DNA of 64,000 nucleotides from Zancudomyces culisetae HAW-14-8 (taxonomy: Eukaryota; Fungi; Kickxellomycota). The stretch spans positions 3,472,001 through 3,536,000 of the forward strand of contig JBNJNM010000011.1 in the NCBI GenBank assembly GCA_052426225.1, read 5' to 3'. Under the pieces are notes generated by a model, which worked only from the letters and a program-made list of their open reading frames with translations, made no database searches and had not been told where the DNA came from. Below are positions 9,781-22,330 of this stretch, one piece after another. The position numbers and the translations under genes are program-made. Within the stretch, counting starts at the first letter, position 1, and every line of letters begins with the position of its first letter.

Positions 9781-12746
9781 TTATTTTCTACTTGATCTTC
9801 TAGATTTTGACCTATCAGAATGTTTGGAATCGTTATTAGTATCAGCAGAAGATTTAGTTCTTTTGTCACGGTCATAGTCGTTTGTACTAGTGCGTGATTG
9901 TGATTGTCTAGATGATTTAATTCTACCATGTTGTTGTTGCTGTTGTTGGACTGTACTATTTTCGCGTTCGCGTTCGCGTTCGCGGTCTCGGTCTCGGTCA
10001 CGGTCACGGTCTCGTTCTCGATCTCGATCTCGTTCTCGATCGTTGTCTACTCTAGAAGTATTACTAGGAGAATCTCTTCTACTTCTACTAGTGCTACTAC
10101 TTTTACCACTAGAGGAGGTGTTAACATTATTATTGTTATCAATGTTGCTACTAGTATTGTATTTAGTTCTTTTATTTGCTGTACTTTCATTTTTGGAATA
10201 GTAGTCACGTTTTCTACTAGAGTCCGATACAGATGTTGACAAGTTTGAATCCTTTTCTCTACTCTCGCTTGGTCGTTTTGCAGTATTTGTAGATGGTCTA
10301 TTCCTGTCATAGTTATTTCGCTTTTCTCTTGTTTCTCTGTTGCGAGCTGGTGATGATGGTGAGCGTGATCTCGACCGTGGAGGTGATCGTGATCGCGCAG
10401 GTGATCGTGATTCGGAATGTGAGTTTTGTATAGGACGGGGTAAACCCCGCTGTTGTTGCTGTTGTTGCTGTTGTTGTTGTTGTTGTTGTTGTTGCTGAAT
10501 GGATGGTAGAGGTGGCGGTGGTAAGATTCCAGAAGGATTTTGGTTTTGGTTGGGATTTTGATTGGGGTTGGGATTTGGATTAAGGTGAGAAGGAGGTGGT
10601 GGTGGCGGTGGCGGATGTTGATGTTGATTTTGATGTTGGTGAGGTGGAGGTGGAGGCATAGGACCCATAGGACCCATTGGGCCCATCATTCCAGGCATCA
10701 TCATCATCCCCATATGCGGAGGTCTATTCATATTCATTGGGTTCATATTCATAGGATTCATGTTCATTGGGTTCATGTTCATAGGGTTCATATTCATCGC
10801 ATTCATATTTGGATTCATGTTCATGGGATTTATGTTGGGGTTCATGTTCATTGGATTCATATTCATAGGGTTCATATTCATGTTCATCCCAAGTGGTAAA
10901 TTCATTGGCATCGTTCCAGGACCTCCTTTTAATCCTGGTTGAATAGCTCCTACAGCTCCTGGTACTCCTTGCATACCCTTGTTTTGTAGACCTCCTCCTA
11001 CTTGTGATACTTGCTCATTAATTCCTCCACCAGCTGCAATCGGACCCTTCTCTCCCATATTTCTCTTTGCAAGCGACATTCCCTCCTCTTTAGGATTTGG
11101 TTGTGTATTGATTAGTGTTCTTTTCCGTTGTGCATCTAACAACTCTGCATTTGGTGCAGACTTCATTCCTCCTCCTGCTTGTGCTTGTGCTTGTGCTGCT
11201 GTCGTGTTTGTAGCCATAGCTCCTGGTGCTTTCACTGTAGGTGTCGCTGTTGATATTGTTGGTGTTGTTGTAGTTGATTGTGGCAGTTCCACTATTCTAC
11301 TCTCGTCTTCTTTTTCTTTTTCAGCCATTTTATTGCCCATATTCATAGGCATCATTCCAACCATTCCTGGCATCATCCCTCCCATCCCCGGCATCATCAT
11401 AGGCTGCCCTCCTCCCATCATTGGCATTCCTGGTGCCATTGGATTCATCCCAATCATACCTGGACCACCAGCTACCGGACCTCCTGGCATAAATGAAACC
11501 CCAGCGCCTGGTACCTGTTTTACTCCTCCAGAATCTGTTCGTAAAATTTCCAATTCTGGTGGCATCATTCCTCTTCCTTCTCCTGTTATGTTTCTCATGT
11601 TATATTTTTCGCGCAGAACCTTTTGTTTGACACAATATAAATGCCACGTCTGTTCTGTAAACCCAAAATTAAACCAATCTGTTATATCTGCTCCTGGTTC
11701 CCTCCATGGCCTTTCTGTCCCCATTCCTGCATCATAATCATATAACCCTGTCTCTTGAAGAATCGGTGTTATCAACAGATTCAGCTTTCCTTCTTCAACT
11801 TTTAAAATCTCATTGTATTCTTGTCTCTTCCCTTCTTTCTTCTTGTCATCCTCTCTTTTCTCCAAACCATCCTTGTCTTCATCCATCTTCCCCTCATCCC
11901 CGTCTTCTCTGTCCCTGCCGCTTTTTATCGTCGCATCAATATACTCTCCAAAAATAAATTCAACGTCATCCTCCTCCTCTTCATCTAGATCAATAATATA
12001 TTTGCCCTCAAGCTCTTGATCCCCTGGTTCCTCTTGTTTACCTACTTGGATTTCTTGCATACCCTCCTCATCAGTGCCGTATTCCTGCATATCCTCTTTC
12101 ATCGCCTGTTTCTTTGTCTTTTTCTTTTCCTCATTGATCAGTAGCTCTGCCAACTCTTCGTTTCCCTTTTGTACTGCCGTTGTCTCATTTAGAAATCCTG
12201 CTATTTCACTATCCTCTTCAATCTATTTTTTTTTATATTTTAGTAGAATTATCTCACACATGCTCTTTAAATTAGTTACAAACTAATAGTTTCAAATTGT
12301 TTATTTAGATTTTTGTTTACCTCTATATTACTTTGTTTTCTTTCTTGAAGATTCCTAAATTTCACATTAATTTAATTATTACCCAATCCTTACCATTTCC
12401 AGATCTTTATTCTTTCATTTTAATATTTCTACTCAAAAAATAAATTACTCTTCTTTGATATATCCAGTTTCTTCAAATATATTTTCCTCGACTTGTGCTT
12501 TAACATCTTCTATGTCGTATTAGTTGATCTTTTAGAATGTTACAAATTTCTATATATTGAGAATTGCCCTGCAATTATCAAGATGCTTTCAGCAAATGTT
12601 TCGTTTATTCATAACTCACCCTTCAAATCCCCCTTCAGATTCGCCGAATTACTGTCATTTCCCCTCACTCCTTTGTTGTTTTGACCAATCTCTTCAATTC
12701 CATAAAGAAATTCGTCTTCATCCTCGTATATCGCGTTACTCGACAT
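9781..12746 (-). CDS. FIP1: pre-mRNA 3'-end processing factor Fip1; exons 12746-12620, 12509-12449, 12354-12321, 12222-9781
   Basis: Fip1 motif RPWREPGADITDWFNFGFTEQTWHLYC; N-terminal EDEDEFLYG; GT-AG introns give a consistent frame; C-terminal Pro-rich and RS/RD region. Confidence 0.9.
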
Positions 12747-15700
12747 CTATGCTAATGTTACTATACAATTTCCAACTGTATTTGGTAGTTGTCGTTTCTA
12801 TCTCGACTTTTTTTTATTTTTCTTTTCTTTTTACTGATATGAGTTTGATTTAACAGTTTAATTATATTTATATTTCAAAAACACATTTACCATTTATACA
12901 AACTAATAATAAAAGGCTTTGCAATTATTTTTTTAGCCCAGCTTTTTTCTTTAAATGTGTTGTAATAACTAATTTCTACTTGTGTTTTTTCTTGATTTAC
13001 CATTTGTTTTTTATATGATTGCTAATAACGGATTTGAGTAAAATACAACAGAAATTGCTACTATTTTTTTTGTTAACATTTCCCGATTCTGTAATTTTTT
13101 GAATTATAGCTACAAGGTAGAGAAATAATTAAACGAACAAAAAGCTAGCTAAATTCAAACAAAATGTTATATGTAAGTTTTGAACAAGATATAACTCAGC
13201 TCTATAGGTATACCCATCGATAAATATTAAAATAGTATTGTTCAAGTATTTACATGTCTGTAGGTAAGCACACAACACTCTTCAAGTACCACAACAACCC
13301 TTCTCCTCCCCATCTCCGTCTAAGCCTGTTCACAATCCAACAAATTACAAAGTCCCATTTTCTTAAAAATTGAAGTAGCAATATATTTGACACAAGCAGT
13401 GATATCCACACTACTGATCATTTATATACTCAATGGACACCAAAAAAATGACATTCTGGCCTAATATTTGATATTGTAATAATGAGATACCCTTATTAAC
13501 AAATGTGTCGATATATGTACGTTTCTTTATAATGCTGTGTTTTAATGACAGCAAACTCGATGATTACATAATAACTTGATAAAAATAGATATCACTCACT
13601 ACGAACTACCACAGACAAGGATCACAGTAAAGACAACAAAAATAAGGAAAAAGAACTTTATATATAGGGAGGCTAAGGAGTAAGCAAGCCAGTTAGTTAG
13701 TTGGTTAGCTAGTGGAGGATACATATTGTTGTGATAGCCCATAAATAAATAACCCAGTTCTAGCCATATTCAACACGTGGTCATTTACCACATCGCTTTG
13801 TTGCGTACCAAATCAGATTATATAAGCCTTCTTCTCCTCAGTTACACTATTTTGTGACAACTGGCTAAATTAAACATACACCAAATTAGTTACTATGAAT
13901 ATAATAGCATTAGATAAAATACAAACTTTTCTTTTGTGTTTATATTTTTGTACTACGTTTAGGTTCAACCTAACTGATCCATTTCAAAAAAAAAAACAGA
14001 AAACAAGGAAAAGGTAGGTTAGGGAGGAAGGTGTAAAAGCGAAGATGAAGGTACAACATTATCTCGGTATAGTTATAGACTTTGTTCAATCCACATCGAA
14101 CAACGCAATTCAGTTTTTTTTTGCATGTGGATATATTCACTACAACAGTTATCGACGAATTGTGTGTAACTACTGTAAACATAGTGGTGGTAGTGTACAA
14201 TCATAAAAAAAAACTTGTTTGAAGTCTTCAAAATATCAAGTATAATCTGCACACTTAAAGTAATAGTAAATCTTGCAAATGAGGTTTCCTGCTTATAGAA
14301 AATATAGTTTAGCTTGATTTTCTGAAACGATTTTCATTTTTAGATTGTGGCACGGAGAAAATCTAACAATTTCTCCGTTTACCATCATTTATCGTAAATT
14401 CTCATTTATCTCTGCAGTTAATATTTCATTCATTGGTTCGTTGTTTTTCACTACCAAATTACTTTCATCAAAACGGTCCCCGGTCAACAAGACTTGAAGA
14501 TTCATACCTCATTAAGACGCTATTAATTTAGTAATGCTGGCATGGCACCTCATATAATTTACACCTCATACCACCAAAACAGGGAGCTATCTGCGCTACG
14601 TCACTCATCTTTTTTAACTTGTTACTGATTCCTGCTCTGGTTTTCGCATGTATTCATTTTTGAACTGTAAATCTATTGGAAAGAGAAAAATGTAGATAAT
14701 AAATGTCAAATACAATAGGCAGATCGGGTGGTTTGTTTAATTGCTTTTTTCCCGCACCACCATCTTTTAGATAAAAAAAGTGTTTTTTTTTACTTGTGAA
14801 ACTGTACAAGTGGACAGGGTACTAAATGCTCGGTTTTCTCAAAAACTTGTGAAAATATTACGTATTCATTATTTTTATTCGCCACTTACACCAAATTCTC
14901 CACATGAGTTTGTTTTTTGACAAAAACCAGCACACAGTCACGCATATCCACCGCAATCAAGTAAAAATAAAACATAATTTGGTTTAGCCAATTGTACTGA
15001 ATTCGGATTAAATAAAACTCAGAATTAATGGTGTTACACAAAAATAACAAACATTGTCTTTTTGCATTACAGGACTTGTAAAATAGCTGTATTTAGCACT
15101 AATTATAGTTGCTAAATCGGCTTATAAGTCAGCATTGCAATTGTATCCTGCATATTCCCTTTTATAATATATAGAAAATATCTAACAGTAGAGATGATTG
15201 GGTACGGAATTATAAACACAATTTTGTTACAAAACCTGGTCAACAAAAAAAGATCTTTACAATGGATGGATTTTTTCAATTTAGGCTAAATAGTGGGTGG
15301 TACCAAAACTAATCCCGCTTAACCAAGGAATCTCATTTATCTGTATATTTGTTTATTACCATTAATATATTTTTTTTGGTAAAAAAGTTGAATTCCGAAT
15401 TCCACCTTACTGGAATAAACCCAGACAAAAAAATTTTTTTTTTGGTTTTTTTTTTTTAGGCATTCACAGAGTTTGATGGAATATGGTAACTTTTTGGTAA
15501 AGTGTATTCTTTCCGAAATGTGAAACGGCAAAAATTATTTCGGATAAATAAAATCCATTGTACATCCCCTCTTCTCCCTTCCCCTTTATTGTCATCAATC
15601 TTCATCATGAGAAAAGCAATATTTTTTTGAAGCAATAATATAATAAAGCAGTAAAGCCTTTAACATTAGATTAAAATAAATAAAAAACAAGCTATAAAAG

Positions 15701-15782
15701 TGAGTTTGAGCACCTAGTAAGATATTTATTGAAAATATACCTTTGATTTAGACTGTCTTTTGATAAAAGTAATACAATAGCC

Positions 15783-17960
15783 ATGGAACTCGGAGCAAAG
15801 ACAAAAGGAATGGATTTTAATGTAAATAGTACAATAACACCCATGAGGAGGGTGGCGCGTGCAGGGAACGGAGCGGGAGGAGAGAAGCCCAATCCATTTA
15901 AACGTGTAAAAAGAACTAGAAACTCAAAGTATTCTAGGATACACCAACTACTCAATGAGCTGGACTCGAGTGCCAATTTAATCAGAAAAAAAGTCATGAA
16001 AGCCGATAAAAATCATGTGGAAAGTGCAATCAAGTCGATTGAAGATTTTGACCTGAAGGCCTATGAAAGCGTCTATGAGCATGTACTAATAAAAGAAGTT
16101 AACAATAAGCGTCTCAAGTTACAACCATACGACAAGGATATCGGTGTACAAACAGAGATTTACAAGAGAATAGTGTTTGAAGCATTCCCACACCTCAAGT
16201 TTGGATGTGCTGACATGTTTATACCTATGAGAGTGTCGCAATTCTTAGTGAATCTGGGAAACGATCAGGTTCCAATATATATACTGTACGCATTGGTGTT
16301 GTTGAGCATCCAGTTTGTTCCACATTCCAAGGCGCTAAAAGCACTTGAAGAGAGCAAGATAAAACAGATTTTGAAAGTATTACAGGAGCACTTGAACAAC
16401 GCACTGGCAAAACCAACGCTAAACAGCATCTGGTGTAGGATAGCGCTAGAAAACTATTATATATGCACTGGAGCACGGACAAAACGCATATCCAGTCTTG
16501 AGTTGGCGGTGAGACAGGCGTTGATAATGAGATTAAATAAAGCAGACGTGGACTTTTATGCAAACGTACAGAAAAAAAATCCAGAGGATTCTACAGTTGC
16601 AGAGTTTAGGCGGCGAATTTGGTGGATGGTGTTTATAAGGTGTAGCAACGCGTATCGATATTTTACAGAGATGATATATGGGGATACAAGAGATATAGTG
16701 GTAAAGTACCCAAGAAATGATCACAACTGGATGTATGGTGTAGATGAGTTTATTGGAAATACAGAAGATGGAACAGGAGAGGATCAAGTATCAGATGTAA
16801 ACAGTCAAAAGATATGTTTTGATATTGCATGGTTGAGCTGTGAAGTAGCATTTATTATTGGTGATGTTATGTCATTTGTATCTCGACGAAAACGATTAAT
16901 TGAGAAGAACTATAAGAAAGATTACGATAAATTGGGAGCACTTACGCGTAAAATCAAATTCTTTGCTGAGCGACTTGTAAAGTTTACAGATTTCAATTTG
17001 GAAAAAGTCAAAAAATACCAAACCTTTAGATATACAACACTCAATAAAACCGAACTTCAAAGACTGGTGGTAAGTCTGTGGCGCTTTCAACTGGAAGTGA
17101 GAGGATCTTATTTGCTACTAAACATGTCAGAATTAGCACAATTTGAACAGCTAAAATCGGATCCTTTACGGATCAGACTAGCAAAAGAAAAGTGTATTGA
17201 TATTTCGTTGCAGATAATAGAGTATTTAGATTGGGGAATCTCTGATATTCCGTTGGAGTATTGGTATTTTAATGCGGCTGCATCGCTATTCAATGCAGGC
17301 GTTACTCTAATCAATGCACTGTTTGTATACGATCACCCGAAAACCCAGATTATTAGAAAAGCGCTGAAAAGCATCTTTACTATGTTTACAGAGATTGAAA
17401 AGACTTCATCGATTGTAGCTATTGCCCTAAACGCGTTGTACTATGTATACAGCGCCAAATCCTATTTCCACAACAGGAATCGACTGATAAGCGCGATTCC
17501 TGACTCCATATTAAATGTAGCTATTACTGATTGTGACATCAACCCGTGGTTTTCCTATAAAACATCTACACTTTTGACGCATTTTTGTTGTGCCATATCA
17601 TTTTCACGTAAAAAGGACAAGCTAACTGTCACTGACCATTTTGTTGACTTGCACTCGTATGACTTTATCAAGTTTGATACCGACAGATTTGTGTTTTCAT
17701 TCCCTAGCCTTTCATACCTGGGATTGAAAAGCTACATAAAGTCGCATCCTTCTGAACATACAAGGTCTCATAGGGATAAAATGCCAAGTGGTGAGGAAAT
17801 AGGGGCCTTTATTTTTGATGGTGTTGATGCTGGGATTAAGTTTACAGCGCTGTATGATGAATCATATAAATCTCTTGATTCCGATCCCAATGACTGGGCA
17901 TCCATCAGCAACCTTGTTTTGTCATTTATTAAAGTTACTAGTAACAATCCACTTGCTTAG
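15783..17960 (+). CDS. fungal-specific transcription factor middle-homology-domain protein, no Zn2Cys6 cluster seen
   Basis: LAVRQALIMRLNK...EFRRRIWWMVF resembles the Fungal_trans/MHR motif; 725 aa single ORF. Confidence 0.65.
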   Translation: MELGAKTKGMDFNVNSTITPMRRVARAGNGAGGEKPNPFKRVKRTRNSKYSRIHQLLNELDSSANLIRKKVMKADKNHVESAIKSIEDFDLKAYESVYEHVLIKEVNNKRLKLQPYDKDIGVQTEIYKRIVFEAFPHLKFGCADMFIPMRVSQFLVNLGNDQVPIYILYALVLLSIQFVPHSKALKALEESKIKQILKVLQEHLNNALAKPTLNSIWCRIALENYYICTGARTKRISSLELAVRQALIMRLNKADVDFYANVQKKNPEDSTVAEFRRRIWWMVFIRCSNAYRYFTEMIYGDTRDIVVKYPRNDHNWMYGVDEFIGNTEDGTGEDQVSDVNSQKICFDIAWLSCEVAFIIGDVMSFVSRRKRLIEKNYKKDYDKLGALTRKIKFFAERLVKFTDFNLEKVKKYQTFRYTTLNKTELQRLVVSLWRFQLEVRGSYLLLNMSELAQFEQLKSDPLRIRLAKEKCIDISLQIIEYLDWGISDIPLEYWYFNAAASLFNAGVTLINALFVYDHPKTQIIRKALKSIFTMFTEIEKTSSIVAIALNALYYVYSAKSYFHNRNRLISAIPDSILNVAITDCDINPWFSYKTSTLLTHFCCAISFSRKKDKLTVTDHFVDLHSYDFIKFDTDRFVFSFPSLSYLGLKSYIKSHPSEHTRSHRDKMPSGEEIGAFIFDGVDAGIKFTALYDESYKSLDSDPNDWASISNLVLSFIKVTSNNPLA

Positions 17961-18741
17961 TCCTTTTCAACTTGAAATAGAAGTTAGAATGAAAAAATAA
18001 ACAAACAAACAAACAAACGAATAAACAAAATGGGTGGAAAAGGATGGCGGAGGGTATCATGTAAACTCGGTTGGGTTATTATTATTATTATTATTATTAT
18101 TATTTTTTCCACAGGTCTGAACAGATATAAACACTAGCTAGTCTGTTAAATATTATTGATAAGTTTTAGCATTTTTGGTATTTTGTGGACTAACTAATAT
18201 AAGAGGTGTATACTGGTGATCGAGTAGATAAAATTTTGATGTATTGGGATATATCAAATCTGTAATTAAAAGTAATAACTATAATATTATACATCATTTC
18301 TGTTTATTTCTTTTTTCATTTGCTTTATTCAAATATATCCAAGACCATAAAAAGATAATGTAATCAAAAAAAAAATTTTTTTTATTTCAATTTTGTTGGT
18401 GATTGTTGTGAAATATCAAATCGAAAAATCGAAAAATTAAAGAAAATTAAAAATTGATTAAAAATGTGTGTAGGTTTGGTAGAGAATTGGAGGAGCTGGA
18501 GGAATTGAAAGAGTTGGTCAGTGAGAACTTTGGGCAAAATTAACTTTGTGTTTTTTTTTCCCCCTGTTTTTCAACAAGATTTAATTTTGATATCATATAT
18601 TACAGAAAAATATATAATTGATTTATAAATAAAAAAATAAATATATACAATCATTACTATTCTTGTTTCTTCATATTATATATATATATATTACTTTAAA
18701 AAATTGGAAAATAGAACGTAGAAAATAGAAAATAAACAAAA

Positions 18742-19787
18742 ATGAATCGACTAGCCAAGATTGTACAGAGATCGCCAAAAACACTGAATGGATTGGGCAT
18801 GAGATACAATTCTACAACAAGGGTGACAAACCAAGCCAGTAAAGGAGGGCTTGGGGGAATGTTTAGGAATTTGTGGAAAAAGGATGAACCTAAACAAACC
18901 GAACAACAAGAAAAAGAACAAGAACAAAAACAAGAAAGTGAAAATGAAAATGAAATTGTGGCTGAAGCGGAAGGAGGTAGTGGTGAGCAACAAGATTTCT
19001 CTTCTGTGATTTATAACAATGAAAAATCTGTAATAATGTAAGTTTAACAAACAAACAAACAAACAAAAAAAAACAATATTTTAAATAAAAGTCTATAGTC
19101 TATATGTGTATATATAAATGTGAGTGAGTGAGTGAGTGATTACTAGTTTATTGTTGAAACAAGGGAAAAAAAAATTTTTTTACCATGTTATATTTAGGGA
19201 TCATCCAAAGTTTTTGCCAGTTGAACAAGTAGAATCACAACTAAAGCCAATACTAGAAGAGTTGGTAACGTTGGATACGAAGGAATGGAAAACAACAGAC
19301 ATTAGCGAGTTTTCAACTAAAGAAAAGGTAATTTGTGTACATGTATTTTATAGTCTTTTTAATATGAGTGTGGAATTTTAATGATAGTATATGGAAAAAA
19401 AAAACAAGAGACATAAAAAAAATAAAATATTTCATTTTTTTTTTTTGATAATTGTTGTAGGTAATGGTTGAGACCATAAAGGCATTGAAAATCCAAATAA
19501 GCAATGTAGCAATCAACAATATCAGGACAGTATCAGACTTGGTAAACGTTTTGTCTACTGATCCAAGTACTACAGGTTCAACTGCAAGAAAGGGGGCCTT
19601 TGATCATCCAGTTGCAAAGTTTTATACCAGTTTGCAAAAGGAAAATACTGTTGATGCTGAAAATGAACAACTAAAACAACAACAACAACAACAAGAGCAA
19701 CAAGAGCAACAATCCGTTAAATTACCTTCAAATATGAAATTTGTACCTTTTAAAAAGGGTGAACGAAAATTACATGCTCGTTGTTAA
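18742..19787 (+). CDS. probable mitochondrial ribosomal protein mL50-like; exons 18742-19037, 19198-19327, 19461-19787
   Basis: Basic presequence-like N-terminus; core EWKTTDISEFSTKEKV...ISNVAINNIRTVSDLVNVL resembles mL50; splice phases consistent. Confidence 0.6.
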
Positions 19788-19951
19788 ATAAAACAAAACA
19801 AAATATAATATGATAAAATATATAAAAAAACACTATCATTATTGTTATTATTATTACTTTTATATTATTTTATTATTATTATATTTAGTGTTTGATAAAT
19901 AAATAAATAAATGAATAAATTAGAAAAGAAAGAAAAGAAAAGACACAAAAA

Positions 19952-21798
19952 TTAAAAGTTGCTAGGATATTTAAATGTAGAAATAGGCAAAAATGATTCT
20001 TTTATAGATCTTGGAGAGACAAATCTATACAAAAGATTGGCAGATCCAGCCTTATCATTAGTTCCAGAAGCTCTAGCACCACCAAATGGTTGTTGACCGA
20101 CTACAGCACCAGTTGATTTATCGTTGATATAGAAATTTCCACTAGAGTTGGCCAGTCTTGTGGTGGCATAGGTAATGGCTTCACGATCAGCAGCAAAGAT
20201 AGAGCCGGTCAGACTGTATGGAGTGGTGGTATCAATAGTGTCGATGATTTGAGCGAACTCGTTGTCGTTGTAGACATAGGCGGTCAGTACAGGACCAAAG
20301 ATTTCTTCTTTCATGGTGGTGTAGTGAGGGTCGGTGGTTTGGATAACGGTGGGTTCAATGAAATAGCCGGTAGAATCATCGTATTTTCCACCAGCAATGA
20401 TGGTGCATTTACCAGAATCAACGGATTTAGCGTCATCAATGTACTTTGAGATCTTGGCAAAGGCACGGGCGTCAATTACAGGACCCATAAAGTTTTCAAA
20501 GTCAGCGACATTGCCGACTTTTACAAGACTGATTTGTTCAACCAATTTGGATTTGAATTCGGGCCACAAACTAGCAGGCACATATAGTCTAGAACAAGCT
20601 GAGCATTTCTGACCCTGGTATTCAAAGGCAGCTCGGATGGTTTGCAAGACGGCATTGGTAACATCTGCGGAAGGATGGATCAAATGGAAGTTTTTGCCAC
20701 CAGTTTCACCAACGATACGTGGGTACGTTACGTACTTGTCGATGTTTTCGGCCATTTTGCGCCACATTGATCTAAAGACAGCAGTACTTCCGGTAAAATG
20801 CAAAGCAGAAAACTCACGGCGTCCAAAGAGATAATCAGTGACTTTTACAGGATCACCAGGAATAAATTGGACAACACCGGAGGGCATTCCAGCCTCTTCG
20901 AGAATCTTGTACAAAATGTAATTGGATAACATTGCGGTTTTGGATGGTTTCCATAGTACGACATTGCCCATCAGAGCTGGAGCATAGGCCAAGTTTGCAC
21001 CAATGGCGGTAAAGTTGAATGGAGACACAGCATACACAAATCCTTCCAGAGGTCGGTATTCCAAGTGGTTCCATACTCCAGGTGAATTTTCAGGTGGTTG
21101 GTTGGCATATACTTCGTCGGAATACTTGGTGTTGAAGCGGAAGAAATCGATGGTTTCGGCAGCTGCATCGATTTCGGCTTGCCATGCGTTCTTTCCTTGT
21201 CCCAACATGGTGGCGGCCATCAGCAAATACCGGTACTTTTTGGAAATCAAGTCGGCAGCCTTTAGGAAAATAGCCTGTCGATCGTATAATGGCATAGTTG
21301 CCCACCTTTCCTTTGCCAAGAGGGCACCCTCAACAGCCTATAATATAATACATTATCAAAATTTTAATAAATGGTGTCTAGAATTTTCAAAATAGTAGGT
21401 GAGAAATAATAACTTGCCTGTTCAAGTTGTTCCATACTAGTATTACCAAAAGTACAAAGAACACGGTTATGTTCACTAGGCATAACCTGCGAGTTGGGTT
21501 GTTCACCTTGCGCCTTGTTATTGTTATTGTTATTGTCACTGTTATTACCAGTTGAACTTTCAATCTCAACACCGTTAATAACAGGGTTTACATGGAACGG
21601 AGCTTGGCTTTTCAAGAGGTCTATGGCCTGCAATAGTTTTTCACGTTCAGAACTACCAGGAGCATAGTCGAACAAGGGTTCATTTGAGATTTTTGGTAAG
21701 GAGGTCTTGGCGACCTGAGCACCTACCACTTGGGGTAAGGAGGATTTGAATACTCTGGTTTTGAATAGCGTTGCTGCGTTTTTCTTTACTCTTGACAT
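19952..21798 (-). CDS. PUT2: delta-1-pyrroline-5-carboxylate dehydrogenase, mitochondrial; intron 21338-21417 (GC-AG)
   Basis: GQGKNAWQAEIDAAAE, SPFNFTAIG, FTGST, GETGGKN, FEYQGQKCSA, EEIFGP, QQPFGGARASGTNDKAG. Confidence 0.96.
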
Positions 21799-22330
21799 TT
21801 TTATATATACTTTTATATAAATTAAATAAATTAAATATAAAAATAAAAAAAGTTTGATTATTTAAAGATAAAATTTTTTTCTCCTTTGTTTATTATTTAT
21901 ATTTAAAAGTTTGGATTTTGGAATTTTTGTTTGCAGAAAAAGAAATGTATATAAAAAGCAAGAGGTGTTTCAAAAATACAAAGGAAATAATGCTATAATT
22001 TATACTTTTTTCATTTTCAATTTCAATTTTACAATTTTGTCATTTACAAGCTATTACCAATTAAAAATAAATTTTTAATTTTTAATTTTTAATTTTTTTT
22101 TATAATTTAATTTTGATTATGAAAATAATGAAAATAGTGAAAATAAATTAATTAATTATAAAAAAATAATTATAAAAAGTTGGATGATGAAATTCAAAAA
22201 CACGTATATTTTATTAATGTTATAAAAGATATTTTCACATTTGAAACAAATTGATAAACAAAAACAAAAACAAATAGGAAAATAAAGTTGGGGAAGGGGG
22301 GAGGGGGGGGGGGGGACGGAGATAAATAAA

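Noticed and set aside
4190-12286. Many antisense ORFs over PP4R1-like and FIP1
   Set aside because: Shadows of biased, repeat-rich coding strands
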